A DNA stretch of 64,000 nt, from contig CAZGJX010000001.1 of NCBI GenBank assembly GCA_964525635.1, positions 62,344 through 126,343 on the forward strand, written 5' to 3'. The position numbers were made by a program, and so were the translations under genes. Position 1 is the first letter of the stretch, and each line of letters begins with the position of its first letter. Positions 29,918 through 39,964 of this stretch are shown here, piece by piece. The DNA is from an uncultured archaeon. Its GTDB lineage: Archaea; Asgardarchaeota; Lokiarchaeia; Sigyniarchaeales; SOKP01. The notes under the pieces were generated by a model that did not search any database, was not told where the DNA came from, and was given only the letters and a program-made list of their open reading frames with translations.

Positions 29918-31369
29918 CTAGTTCTCATTAAGATTTTTAAACCATCGATTAAAAAAATCTTTCCATAAGAGTAAATCAGCATAATTTTTAAATCTAAACT
30001 TATTTAAGATTGGGGTATAATTCTCTTTATAATCCCATATTAATTGTTTTAATGAATAATTTTTTGATACTTTTCTAAATACAGAATTCTTAAAATTATT
30101 TGAAGATAGTTTCCACCAGTTTTTAATTAATTTAGAATTATATTTTTTCTCATAATATTCAATATTTGCATAAACCGGAGTATTTGGATAACAAGAAAAA
30201 ATTGAGGGGCTAATTTGAATATTCTCATGAATAGCATATTTATTTATAAAATCGATTGTATCTGTAAATTTTTTTTTGGTTTCTCCGGGAAATCCACAGA
30301 GAATATTTATCCTACAATAAATCTGGGTTATTTTCTTATATTTTTCCAATAGCAATTTCATTGATTTAATATATTGAGAAGGAGACTCCGTTTTATGCAT
30401 TTCAATTAATAACTCTTTATTTGCTGATTCAAATCCAAAACCAACAATCATATTAGAATTTTGAATTTTTTTTAAAAGTATATCATTATTAACAAGAGAC
30501 TCAATACGACTTTGACAAGAGAATTTGTATTCTTCCTGTAAATTATTCTCAATAATATATTCTAGGATATGTTCACTTAATGGATTGTTAAAAAATGATT
30601 GATCAGCAAAGCTAATTTTTGTGTTTTTTTTATTGTAAATACTCACAATATTTGTAATTTTATTAAAATATTTTTGAAAATTATCGAAAGAATAGCTTCT
30701 GAAAGGATAATTTAGAGAACAAAAGGAACATTGATAAGGACATCCTCTTGACATATATAAATCAAAATTAAATTTGTCCTTAAATGGATATTTTGATAAA
30801 AATAACTCATAATCCGGAGGGGGTAAATTATTAATATCAATTAGCTCATCTGGATTTATAACTACCGGTTCTTTTTTTTTTATTGTTTTATTCAGGGCAT
30901 TTTTTTTAAAAAGATTATATAAAACAATTTCAGCTTCACCTTTTATAATAAAGTCAAAAGGTGAATTTTTAAATATAAAATCCCCAGGAACAGCTGAGGG
31001 ATGATATCCTCCTACAAATATTATTTTATCAGGGAATTCTTTTTTGATAAGATTGGCAATGGCAAGAGTTTGTTGATATTGATAAGAAGTATAACAATTG
31101 ATTCCAATATTTTGATATTCTTGGATATTATTTGATTCAAATATTTTTAAACAAAATTCATTGAATTTATTGATATTAATATTATTTATCTCTAATTGGT
31201 TATTGTTTTCTTCTTCTAAACGCATATCTATTATATCAGTTTTAAGATTAAGCTTTTTCTTTAAAAAAGAGGAGATTTGTAAAGTTCCAAGGGGGATATT
31301 ATTATTATATAATCTTTTTTGATATTCTTCTATGTTAAAAAACCCTGGTATAATAAAAAGTAAATTCAT
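29918..31369 (-). CDS. B12-binding radical SAM protein
   Basis: PLG, VGGYHPS, IIKGEAE, SRGCPYQCSFC (CxxxCxxC), GFES, GFPGET. Confidence 0.92.
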   Translation of the reverse strand: MNLLFIIPGFFNIEEYQKRLYNNNIPLGTLQISSFLKKKLNLKTDIIDMRLEEENNNQLEINNININKFNEFCLKIFESNNIQEYQNIGINCYTSYQYQQTLAIANLIKKEFPDKIIFVGGYHPSAVPGDFIFKNSPFDFIIKGEAEIVLYNLFKKNALNKTIKKKEPVVINPDELIDINNLPPPDYELFLSKYPFKDKFNFDLYMSRGCPYQCSFCSLNYPFRSYSFDNFQKYFNKITNIVSIYNKKNTKISFADQSFFNNPLSEHILEYIIENNLQEEYKFSCQSRIESLVNNDILLKKIQNSNMIVGFGFESANKELLIEMHKTESPSQYIKSMKLLLEKYKKITQIYCRINILCGFPGETKKKFTDTIDFINKYAIHENIQISPSIFSCYPNTPVYANIEYYEKKYNSKLIKNWWKLSSNNFKNSVFRKVSKNYSLKQLIWDYKENYTPILNKFRFKNYADLLLWKDFFNRWFKNLNEN

Positions 31370-31434
31370 TTTTTCATATTATATAAATTAACTTAATATA
31401 TGATTATTAGATACATTAAATTATAAGAGAGAGT

Positions 31435-31600
31435 GTGAACTACCACAACTTAAAGTTTGTGGTTTCCTACGAGTGCACAATCGCTTCTACTACGGATTGG
31501 TCTGTATATCGTAGAAAATCCTCCCATTGCGTTAGGAAGGATTCCTCGACCACAGAGGATTCATGCGATAGGAAATCATAACGATTCTGTTTTTTACACA
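31435..31600 (-). ncRNA. Predicted omegaRNA (reRNA) scaffold overlapping the tnpB 3' end
   Basis: Nested stems AATCCTTCC/GGGAGGATT, TTTTCTACGA/TCGTAGGAAA and the terminal hairpin; position is as established for TnpB. 5' end is approximate. Confidence 0.65.
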
Positions 31601-32773
31601 AAAGAAATTTGACCATAATATTAATTGCTGAGTTAAGATCTCGATCAATATGATTTCCACAACCGCAAATAATAGTTCGTTCATAAATAGCTCTCTTTTT
31701 TTTTTTTCCACATTTACAACAGACTTGGGTTGTATCTGATTCATTAATTCTTATTACTCTCTTACCTGCTTTTTCTGCTTTATAGGTTAAGAATTGAGTA
31801 AATCGAGATATAAACCCTGTATTTTTGACTGAATAATTCAATGTTTTAATTTGTTTATTTGTTGTATTATTCCCCGAACTTTTCTTCTTATTAGCCATTT
31901 GTTTAACCTTCAATTTTCCAACAATTATCGTATTTGCCTTGGTATGAGTAATAATTTGAGTTGAAAGCCAATGTTGATAATCTTTAAGTTGATATACACA
32001 TTTTTTCATCATCTTCTTTAGTTTTAACTGATACCAATTCCACTTCTTGCTATATTTTTTACAATGATCTCGTTTTGATTGGACCTGTTCAATCTTTTTT
32101 TTCCAATAGAGATCTGCGCGTCTATGAGTAAAATGAAGAGCTTTTCCCAGATAATTTACTCCAACAGTTTGATGAATACCTAAATCAAATGCTTGATAGA
32201 AGGAATTATCATAGTAATTTGGTGGTTTGAATTGATAGGTAATCGATAGGAACCATTTGTTTTGAGAAAGAGAAATCTCTACTTGTTTGATCTTCTCTTG
32301 TGGAATAAGATGAGAAGGAAGAGTAAATTGAAGGGTTAGTTTTGAAGGATGTTTATGAGAAAAAGTAATTGAATTATTATTGATTTTAAATCCAGATTGC
32401 TTATAACAGAGTGTTGTAAAATACTTCTTTCCTTTAAATCGTGGAGGTTTTACTGTTCTATCTCCCTTTTTCCATAAAGCAAAAAAGGATTTATAATCTC
32501 CATCGAGTTTTTCTAGTGTAGTTTGGAGAACTTTCGAATACACCCATTTATATTCTGGGTATGTTTCTTTTATTTGAGGTAATGTAGTTGATTGATCATT
32601 ATAGGTAATATAGTTGCATTCTTCTTTTGGTAGATTCTTATTTTTTTTCCAATTCTCTATTCTCTGTGCTAAAGCAAAATTAAAAATAAGACGACATTTC
32701 TCAGAAAAAATCCATAGAAGGTGTTCTTGCTCCGTTGAGGGAATGATCCGGATTTTTTGCGTAAGCAACATTA
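31467..32773 (-). CDS. tnpB: TnpB RNA-guided endonuclease (probable start MLLTQKIRI)
   Basis: KIRIIPSTEQ HTH start, PPRFK, RuvC-I AFDLG, LTYKAE, CCKCG...CGCG zinc finger, RuvC-III DRDLNSAINI. Confidence 0.95.
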
Positions 32774-32913
32774 CTATAGAAAGAATGTAAGAACCATTAA
32801 ATATAAGAAGACTCCAATAATTTATTAAGATAGAGAATCTCACTCAATTCATCCCCTCCCTAAAAGGAGGGATCTTCTTGAGTGTCAAAAGATAAAGTGT
32901 TATAAATTAAAAA

Positions 32914-33786
32914 ATGAAGATTGGAATTTTATTTAATAGAGTAACTTGGGAAATTAAGCAGATAATTAAAGAACTTGAAGAAAGAAATATTGAGTATAAG
33001 TTAATAAATAACCAAAATATTTTTTTCAGATTAAATAAGTTAAAAGATTTAGAATATAATTGTGATATTTTTCTAGAAAGATCACTTAGTTTTTTAAGGG
33101 GGTTATATACTACAGCGATACTTGAGGCGAAGGGATATAAGGTTATAAACAATTTTGAATGTTTGAATATTACTGGAAATAAATTATTAACAACCTTAGA
33201 ATTAATTAAGGAGGGTATTCCTACGCCAAATACTTGTATTGCCTATACAAATGATTCATCTATCAAGGCAATAGAAGAAGAAATAGATTATCCCGCCATT
33301 TTAAAACCTATTATTGGATCTTGGGGTAGATTAATAGCAAAATTGGATGATTATAATTGTGCTAGTGCAAACTTGGAAGTAAGAGAAACTTTAGGTAATA
33401 TTTTACAAAAAATATTTTATATTCAAAAGTATGTATCTAATGAGAATTCTGATAAAGACATTCCAACAGATTTAAGAATTTTTGTTATAGGAAATAACTG
33501 TGTTGCAGCTATGGGAAGATATCATACCAAACAAGATTTCAGGAGTAATATAGCAATTGGTGGTGTAGCAAAACCTATAGAAATCTCTTCTGAAATAGAG
33601 GAGTTAAGTTTGAAAGCATCAAAAGTCTCTAAAGGAGAAATTGTGGGAGTTGATTTGATGGAAGATAATGGGAAATTATCTGTAATTGAAGTTAATGGGA
33701 CACCTCAATTCAAAGCTGTAGCAACAACAACCAATATCAATATTGCTTCCGAAATTGTTGAATATATTACGAAAAATTATAATTAA
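32914..33786 (+). CDS. lysX: LysX/ArgX ATP-grasp LysW ligase
   Basis: IPTPNT, KPIIGSWGRL, FYIQKYV, DLRIFVIG, FRSNIAIGG, GVDLME, IEVN; upstream of lysZ and lysK. Confidence 0.88.
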   Translation: MKIGILFNRVTWEIKQIIKELEERNIEYKLINNQNIFFRLNKLKDLEYNCDIFLERSLSFLRGLYTTAILEAKGYKVINNFECLNITGNKLLTTLELIKEGIPTPNTCIAYTNDSSIKAIEEEIDYPAILKPIIGSWGRLIAKLDDYNCASANLEVRETLGNILQKIFYIQKYVSNENSDKDIPTDLRIFVIGNNCVAAMGRYHTKQDFRSNIAIGGVAKPIEISSEIEELSLKASKVSKGEIVGVDLMEDNGKLSVIEVNGTPQFKAVATTTNINIASEIVEYITKNYN

Positions 33787-33798
33787 ATGTGATGATTA

Positions 33799-34620
33799 TT
33801 GTTAGTTGTTATTAAAATTGGAGGAGCTTTAATTGCGAAAAACTTTGAAAATGTTATTAGTGATATTACAAATATTTGCTCACAAAATAAATATAATTTG
33901 GTTATAGTTCATGGAGGAGGTCCACAAATAAATGAATTACTTCAACAAATGAATAAGACACCAAAATATTTTAAGACACCTTCAGGATTTACAACAAGAT
34001 ATACAGATCAAGAAGCAATTGAAACCGCAATTATGGCATTAGGAGGAAAAAATAATAAAAGAATAGTAGAAGCTTTACAAAAAAAGAATGTAAATGCTTT
34101 TGGTTTTACCGGTATTGATGGAGGAATTATTGAAGCTAAGAGAAAGGAAAAAATATTAGTTTTAGTTGATAATAAACGAATCATGAAAAGAGGAGAGTTT
34201 TCTGGAAAGGTCACTAATGTAAAGACTAAAGTAATAAAATTTTTACTTGAAAATGGCTATTTACCTATAATTGGATCAATAGCCAAAAGTGAATATGGAG
34301 AGATCGTAAATGTTGATGGGGATAGAGCAGCTAGTTATGTGGCAGATGCTTTAAATGCTGATATTTTAATCAGTTTAACAGATGTCGATGGTATCTATAA
34401 AAATTTTAATGATAAAAATTCTCTGATAAGGACAATTGGTACATCTCAATTAAGAATCATTTTGGAGGATTTAGATGGAGGAATGAAAAAGAAAGCATAT
34501 GCCTCTTTGGAAGCTTTAGAAAAGAATATAAAAAAAGTAATAATTTGCTCAGGTTTGACAGCAAATCCGATATCTAATGCTTTAGAAAATAATACAGGAA
34601 CAGTGATTACAAATGAGTAG
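33799..34620 (+). CDS. lysZ: [LysW]-aminoadipate/glutamate kinase
   Basis: VIKIGG, VHGGG, SGFTTRYTD, NVDGDRAA, LTDVDG, GGMKKK. Confidence 0.9.
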   Translation: MLVVIKIGGALIAKNFENVISDITNICSQNKYNLVIVHGGGPQINELLQQMNKTPKYFKTPSGFTTRYTDQEAIETAIMALGGKNNKRIVEALQKKNVNAFGFTGIDGGIIEAKRKEKILVLVDNKRIMKRGEFSGKVTNVKTKVIKFLLENGYLPIIGSIAKSEYGEIVNVDGDRAASYVADALNADILISLTDVDGIYKNFNDKNSLIRTIGTSQLRIILEDLDGGMKKKAYASLEALEKNIKKVIICSGLTANPISNALENNTGTVITNE

Positions 34621-35773
34621 TAATCCTGTTGAATTTCTAAAGAAGTGCATTGAATTTTATAGTCCTTCTGGGAAAGAAGAAAAATATTCTGAATTTCTCG
34701 CGGAGTTTTTAAAAAAACATAACTTTAAAGTTAAATTTGATAAGGTTGGAAATTTAATAGCAGAAAAAGGTCATGGTAATCCTCTTATTTTATTTTCTTC
34801 TCATATGGATACAATTCCAGGGGAATTACCCATTATTCAAAAAGATGGAAAAATATATGGTAGAGGAGCTGTAGATTGTAAATCTTCCTTAGCTGCTATG
34901 GTCTATTCATTAAGTCATTATGATTTTGATCAAAAAGATACTGGAAAAATAATTTTTGCTGGAATAGTAAGAGAAGAAGATAGTTTAATTGGGATAAATG
35001 AACTGATAAAGACAGATATTCAACCTGATTTTGCTATATTTGGAGAACCCACAAAAATTGACCAAATATGTATTGGTTATAAAGGAAGACTTAGTATAGG
35101 ATATTATATTTCAACAGATTCTGGACATGTTGCTTGTTCATGGTTATATTCAAATGCTATAGAAATAGGAATAAATATCTGGAATATAATAAAGGAGGAT
35201 TGTAAAGTACTATCTAAAGAGTTTTGTGAAAAAGATAATAATACAAAATATTTTGATAAAATCATAACAAATCTAACAGTTATTTTTGGGGGAAAACTGA
35301 CAAATTGTGTTCCTTCAGAATGTAATATCCAAATTGATATTAGATTTCCTCCATCTATAAAATCTGAGATAATATTAGGAAAAATACGAGATCATGTTGA
35401 AAATTTTAATTTAAAATATAAAAAAAAGAAGAATTCAGAGCTTACTATTCAAGAAAATATTTATAGTCGTGTTGAAGGATTCGAAATTAAAGCAGATGAA
35501 TATATAATTGGAGCATTGAGATGGGCTATCTTTAAAACTATCAATAAAAAACCTAACTTAATTAAAAAGACAGGAACAACGTTTATAAATTCCATTGGTA
35601 TTCATTATAGAATACCTTCCATAACTTACGGTCCAGGAGATTCTAAACTCGAACATACAGATAAAGAATTTATAGAAATTGAAGAATATTTAAATATTAT
35701 TGAGGTTTATAAGAAATTTATAAAAAAATTATGTAATATTTACAACAAAAAAAAAAATGAGAAGAAAACTTAG
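34613..35773 (+). CDS. lysK: [LysW]-lysine/ornithine hydrolase (M20 family)
   Basis: YSPSGKE, SHMDTIPG, GRGAVDCK, VREE, GEP, YGPGDSKLEH. Confidence 0.88.
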   Translation: MSSNPVEFLKKCIEFYSPSGKEEKYSEFLAEFLKKHNFKVKFDKVGNLIAEKGHGNPLILFSSHMDTIPGELPIIQKDGKIYGRGAVDCKSSLAAMVYSLSHYDFDQKDTGKIIFAGIVREEDSLIGINELIKTDIQPDFAIFGEPTKIDQICIGYKGRLSIGYYISTDSGHVACSWLYSNAIEIGINIWNIIKEDCKVLSKEFCEKDNNTKYFDKIITNLTVIFGGKLTNCVPSECNIQIDIRFPPSIKSEIILGKIRDHVENFNLKYKKKKNSELTIQENIYSRVEGFEIKADEYIIGALRWAIFKTINKKPNLIKKTGTTFINSIGIHYRIPSITYGPGDSKLEHTDKEFIEIEEYLNIIEVYKKFIKKLCNIYNKKKNEKKT

Positions 35774-35867
35774 ATTTGTCTATTTATCTTAAATACTAAA
35801 TAGAACTATAATTATAGAAAATTATCTCAATAATAAAACTAAACATCAATTTAATTGATAGTAATAA

Positions 35868-36341
35868 TTATTTAAATTCAGTACCACAACTCGCACAAAA
35901 TCGTGCATTTTGTTCATTTATAACATTACACAACGGACATATTTTATTTATATATTGATCAACGGTTTTATTCGGATTATTAGGCATTACTGATGCATTA
36001 TCATTTGAATTCGATGTAATTGGCTTTATAGATTCTTCAAAATTCATTAAAATCGTTTTTAATTGATTAAAATAATTTAAGACTCTACTAATATCCTGTT
36101 TTTTACTTTTAGTGATTGTAATCCAAAGTATCTGTTGTGTAGCTTTAATTGGTTTAATCTTTATCACACATTTTAAGAATTCATTTGGTTCATTATTTAA
36201 TGTTTTAATAACACCAGAAGGTTTTTTAGCTTGGATAATTTTGAGTGTTGTATTTTGTTGAACAAATTCAAGAACTACATCAAATACTTCCATCATTGAT
36301 TTAGAAGTTTTAAATATCCATATTTGTTTATTTTCTACCAT
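35868..36341 (-). CDS. Hypothetical protein with C-terminal zinc ribbon
   Basis: CPLC...FCASCG. Confidence 0.7.
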   Translation of the reverse strand: MVENKQIWIFKTSKSMMEVFDVVLEFVQQNTTLKIIQAKKPSGVIKTLNNEPNEFLKCVIKIKPIKATQQILWITITKSKKQDISRVLNYFNQLKTILMNFEESIKPITSNSNDNASVMPNNPNKTVDQYINKICPLCNVINEQNARFCASCGTEFK

Positions 36342-36361
36342 TTAAAACAAATCTTAAATTT

Positions 36362-37267
36362 ATGTTAATTGATATTTTTATAATTATATCAAAATTATAT
36401 AAATATATCATAATGAATAAAATGACCATTAATAAGAAGAACAATTCTTATTCAAAAAATCCATATCCCTTCTTAAAATGGGTAGGGGGTAAGAGACAAT
36501 TAATATCTCAAATAGATCCAATTCTACCTGATATATTTGGAACTTATTTTGAACCATTTGTTGGTGGAGGTGCTTTATTTTTTTATCTCTTACCTAAGAA
36601 AGCTGTATTAATTGATAATAATCCTGTTTTGATAAATGTTTATAACGTTATAAAATATAAAGTTGATGAGTTAATAGCATCATTAAAAAATCATAAAAAT
36701 GAAAAAGATTATTACTACAAAATTCGTAATGTTGATAGAGAAGAAGAATTTAAACTTTGGAATGATGTTCAAAAAGCATCACGTACTATTTTTTTAAATC
36801 GTTGTTGTTATAATGGACTCTATCGGGTTAATAGTAAAGGACAATTTAATGTACCCTTTGGTAAATATAAAAACCCTCGTTTCTGTGATGAAGAAAATTT
36901 AAGGGTAGTAAATCAAATTCTAAAAAATGTTGATATAATTAATGGTTCTTATGAAATTGTATTAAAATATGCACAAAAAAATGATTTCATTTATTTTGAT
37001 CCCCCTTATATGCCCATATCCAAATCAGCCAATTTCACAAGTTATACTAAAGATAATTTTAGTGAAAAAGACCAATTGGATTTAAAATCTGTATACGATA
37101 ATCTATCTAAAATGAATGTGAAAGTAATGTTAAGCAATTCTTATTGTGATTTTATTTTAGATTTATATCAAGAATATCGTATTGAAATTGTTAAAGCAAA
37201 AAGGGCAGTTAACAGTGATTCATCCAAACGAGGTCAAATACGAGAAGTTTTAATTCTAAATTATTAA
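36362..37267 (+). CDS. dam: Dam-family (alpha class) N6-adenine DNA methyltransferase, orphan; true start probably 36413 or 36422
   Basis: PFLKWVGGK, EPFVGGGA, YNGLYRVNSKGQFNVPFG, FDPPY. Confidence 0.92.
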   Translation: MLIDIFIIISKLYKYIIMNKMTINKKNNSYSKNPYPFLKWVGGKRQLISQIDPILPDIFGTYFEPFVGGGALFFYLLPKKAVLIDNNPVLINVYNVIKYKVDELIASLKNHKNEKDYYYKIRNVDREEEFKLWNDVQKASRTIFLNRCCYNGLYRVNSKGQFNVPFGKYKNPRFCDEENLRVVNQILKNVDIINGSYEIVLKYAQKNDFIYFDPPYMPISKSANFTSYTKDNFSEKDQLDLKSVYDNLSKMNVKVMLSNSYCDFILDLYQEYRIEIVKAKRAVNSDSSKRGQIREVLILNY

Positions 37268-37522
37268 TTATTTTAAAATACAATAATTGAAGTATCTTCC
37301 CTCTTAAATGACAATATTGTTATTCTTAAATGTTCTTTACATCTCCAATTGGGAGCGAAATTCTTTCTTTTTAATATTATCATGAACGAGTAAAAAGATT
37401 ATTATATGAATAAAAACAAAATTCAATTAATTACATTAATCAACACTCATTTAATACATCATGATAAAAATGCTATAAGCATTAATTTTTGCAATAAATT
37501 AAAGAGGAGGTAGAATATCTAT

Positions 37523-38854
37523 ATGAGTACAGGATTTGTCAAAATAAATGGAACTAATTTTGTCGTAAATAATAAAAAAATTATATTTCGTGGTTTTGGA
37601 ATTCCAAATTTCTTAAATATTGAACACTTTTTAATTGGATTACCCGGTTCGGAATCCCAAATAAGAAGAGCTATAATAGATGCATATGGACAAAAAGAAT
37701 CGGAAATATTCTGGGAAAAATTTTATAAATGTTATTTAAATGAAAAAGATTTTGAATTTTTTAAATATATTGGAATAAACTCAATTAGGCTTTCATTTAA
37801 TTATCATATTTTTGAATCAGATCAAGATCCCTATAATTATAATAAAAAAGGCTTTAAACAGATTGATCGTGCTTTAGATTTATGTGATAAATATAAAATA
37901 TATGCAATACTCGATTTACATTCTGCGCCAGGAGGACAAAATCCTGACTGGCATTCTGATAACGCTATTGGAGAATGTTTATTCTGGGAATATGCTGATT
38001 TTCGAAATCGTACAATTGCTCTATGGGAATATATCGCAAATAAATATAAAAATAATCCATGGATTGCAGCATATGATCTATTGAATGAACCGTGTCTCTA
38101 TGATATTAATGGAAAACCTATTAATGACTTTTATGGAACAATTATCAAAAAAATCAGAAAAATCGATAATAATCATATTTTATTTATTGAAGGGGATTTT
38201 TATGCAAGGGATTTTACATGTTTTAAACAGTTTGATGATCCTAATATTGCTTACTCATTTCATTACTATGCTTTTTTTAATCAAAATAAATTTTTATCAG
38301 GAGATATATTGAAAAAAGTAGAAACGGATTTATTTGAAAATATTACACTTGATTATATACAAAATAAATTAAAGAAACCAATCTGGTGTGGTGAAACGGG
38401 TATTTTATTGAATTCTCTAAACAAGGAACTCCAAGAGAATATTTTAAAAAATACAATTATTATCTTAGAAAAATATAATATATCATGGAGTCTATGGGAT
38501 TATAAAGATGCTCGAAGCATGGGTTCACTTTTCCCATCAGATAACTCTAAATGGATGGAATTTTCAAGGAAAGCTTGTAATAATTGGGAATTCTGGCATA
38601 ATCAGAGAGAAAGTGAAGTAGAAGTAGAAAATTTATTTAAAAAATATTCTATAAATAAGAATGAAAAAAAATTAAATCTTAAATTAAAATTCAGGATTAT
38701 GGCAAATAATCAACTATTATATATTGAAAATTATAAAAAATTATTTTCAAAAATAAAATTTGAAGATCTACTAACATATCCAGAAGCATTTTTATTTGAT
38801 AAATGTGAGCAATGGAATGAAATAATAGAAATGATAAAACACTATAATAAGTGA
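37523..38854 (+). CDS. Glycoside hydrolase family 5 (no signal peptide)
   Basis: NSIRL, ILDLHSAPGGQN, YDLLNEP (acid/base), SFHYY, WCGETG (nucleophile); SD GAGGAGGT. Confidence 0.9.
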   Translation: MSTGFVKINGTNFVVNNKKIIFRGFGIPNFLNIEHFLIGLPGSESQIRRAIIDAYGQKESEIFWEKFYKCYLNEKDFEFFKYIGINSIRLSFNYHIFESDQDPYNYNKKGFKQIDRALDLCDKYKIYAILDLHSAPGGQNPDWHSDNAIGECLFWEYADFRNRTIALWEYIANKYKNNPWIAAYDLLNEPCLYDINGKPINDFYGTIIKKIRKIDNNHILFIEGDFYARDFTCFKQFDDPNIAYSFHYYAFFNQNKFLSGDILKKVETDLFENITLDYIQNKLKKPIWCGETGILLNSLNKELQENILKNTIIILEKYNISWSLWDYKDARSMGSLFPSDNSKWMEFSRKACNNWEFWHNQRESEVEVENLFKKYSINKNEKKLNLKLKFRIMANNQLLYIENYKKLFSKIKFEDLLTYPEAFLFDKCEQWNEIIEMIKHYNK

Positions 38855-38945
38855 TTGTATTTAAAACATATAAGATTTTTAACTTTTTTTTATATTAGAA
38901 ATGAATTTAGTTAAGTACTATCTAAAGTGAAAAGATAAATCTCGT

Positions 38946-39221
38946 TTATTTAGAGGGAGGATCTTTATCAACAAATTTGTATCTTATTATAATAATTAAC
39001 CAACTAAAAACAATTGAATTTCCAAGGATAAGTCCAATACTTATAATTAATAGTCCATAAAAAATCCAAAGAAAAACACCAATTGTCGTTAAAACAATCC
39101 ACCACCATGATAAATCTTTAGTAGATTTAGTTTGTATTACTCGAACTGTTTGGGGAAAAAATGCAATTATTGTAAAAATTGAAGCAATAATTCCAAATAT
39201 TTCAATAATATAATTCATCAT
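38946..39221 (-). CDS. SemiSWEET / PQ-loop transporter
   Basis: AFFPQTVRVIQTKSTKDLS...GVFLWIFYG; three TM helices. Confidence 0.9.
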   Translation of the reverse strand: MMNYIIEIFGIIASIFTIIAFFPQTVRVIQTKSTKDLSWWWIVLTTIGVFLWIFYGLLIISIGLILGNSIVFSWLIIIIRYKFVDKDPPSK

Positions 39222-39442
39222 TCATTTTCCATAACTTAAAACTTATCTAATTATAAATTTATCTTCTACTTAACTTTTCTTATTATTTTTTTGATTTAAT
39301 TTTATTTTACTATCTTTTTTAATAAAGGCGTAGTCTAACACTACTTATATATCAATCATGCTATTTATAATTCAAATTTATTAACAATAAATTATTTTTA
39401 ACTATTTTAATTTAGATATATAATAGTAAATATATGATTCAA

Positions 39443-39544
39443 GGGCCTGTAGATCAGTGGAAGATCGCGTGTTTATTTGATATAACATCTAATAAAGCGA
39501 AGTTCGCAATCACGAGGTCACGGGTTCAATCCCCGTCAGGTCCA
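39443..39544 (+). tRNA. tRNA-Ala(CGC) with a 30-nt intron (39472-39501) at non-canonical position 30/31
   Basis: Acceptor stem GGGCCTG/CAGGTCC with G3:U70 and A73; D-arm GATC/GATC; T-arm ACGGG-TTCAATC-CCCGT; after splicing the anticodon arm is CGTGG-TTCGCAA-TCACG. Confidence 0.92.
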
Positions 39545-39964
39545 TCTTTTAGCAACATCAGATTGACGTTGTATTTTTCCCCAAGGAGTAAAAATTAATA
39601 TAATCAAGCTAATTAAGTTCTAGGAAAAAAACCAGAATAAGGAAAAATTATCTCTAAAGATCAGTTTTATCTTAATTTAAATTAATAATCCCAATTTAAT
39701 ACAACAAACTTATGAATACTAAAAATTTAAAAATTCAAAAGAGAAAAGTATAAAAGAGAATTGTCTAAAGAACTACAAAGAAATATATTTTTTCAGTTTG
39801 AGTTTTTTTTAGATTATATAATTTGAATGATAGAATCTTGTAGTGTCAAGGTCGTTTAGCTTTCTGGAGAAATTATACGTTTATTTCTTCTATTTAATTT
39901 AAATAAAATAAACCTAATAAAAATATTATTATCAATTTTATATATAAAAATAAATGAAATTAAT

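Larger units (their letters stand above)
31435..32891 (-). mobile_element. Non-autonomous IS200/IS605-family element (solo tnpB, IS1341-like)
   Basis: Left-end hairpin CCCTCCTTTTAGGGAGGG preceded by TTTAT (32896-32892); right-end hairpin ACCACAA-ACTTTAAG-TTGTGGT ending in TTCAC; no tnpA; boundaries +/- 1-2 nt. Confidence 0.85.

Noticed and set aside
32774-32843. N-terminal extension of TnpB given in the ORF track
   Set aside because: It overlaps the left-end region of the element; TnpB homology starts at MLLTQKIRI.
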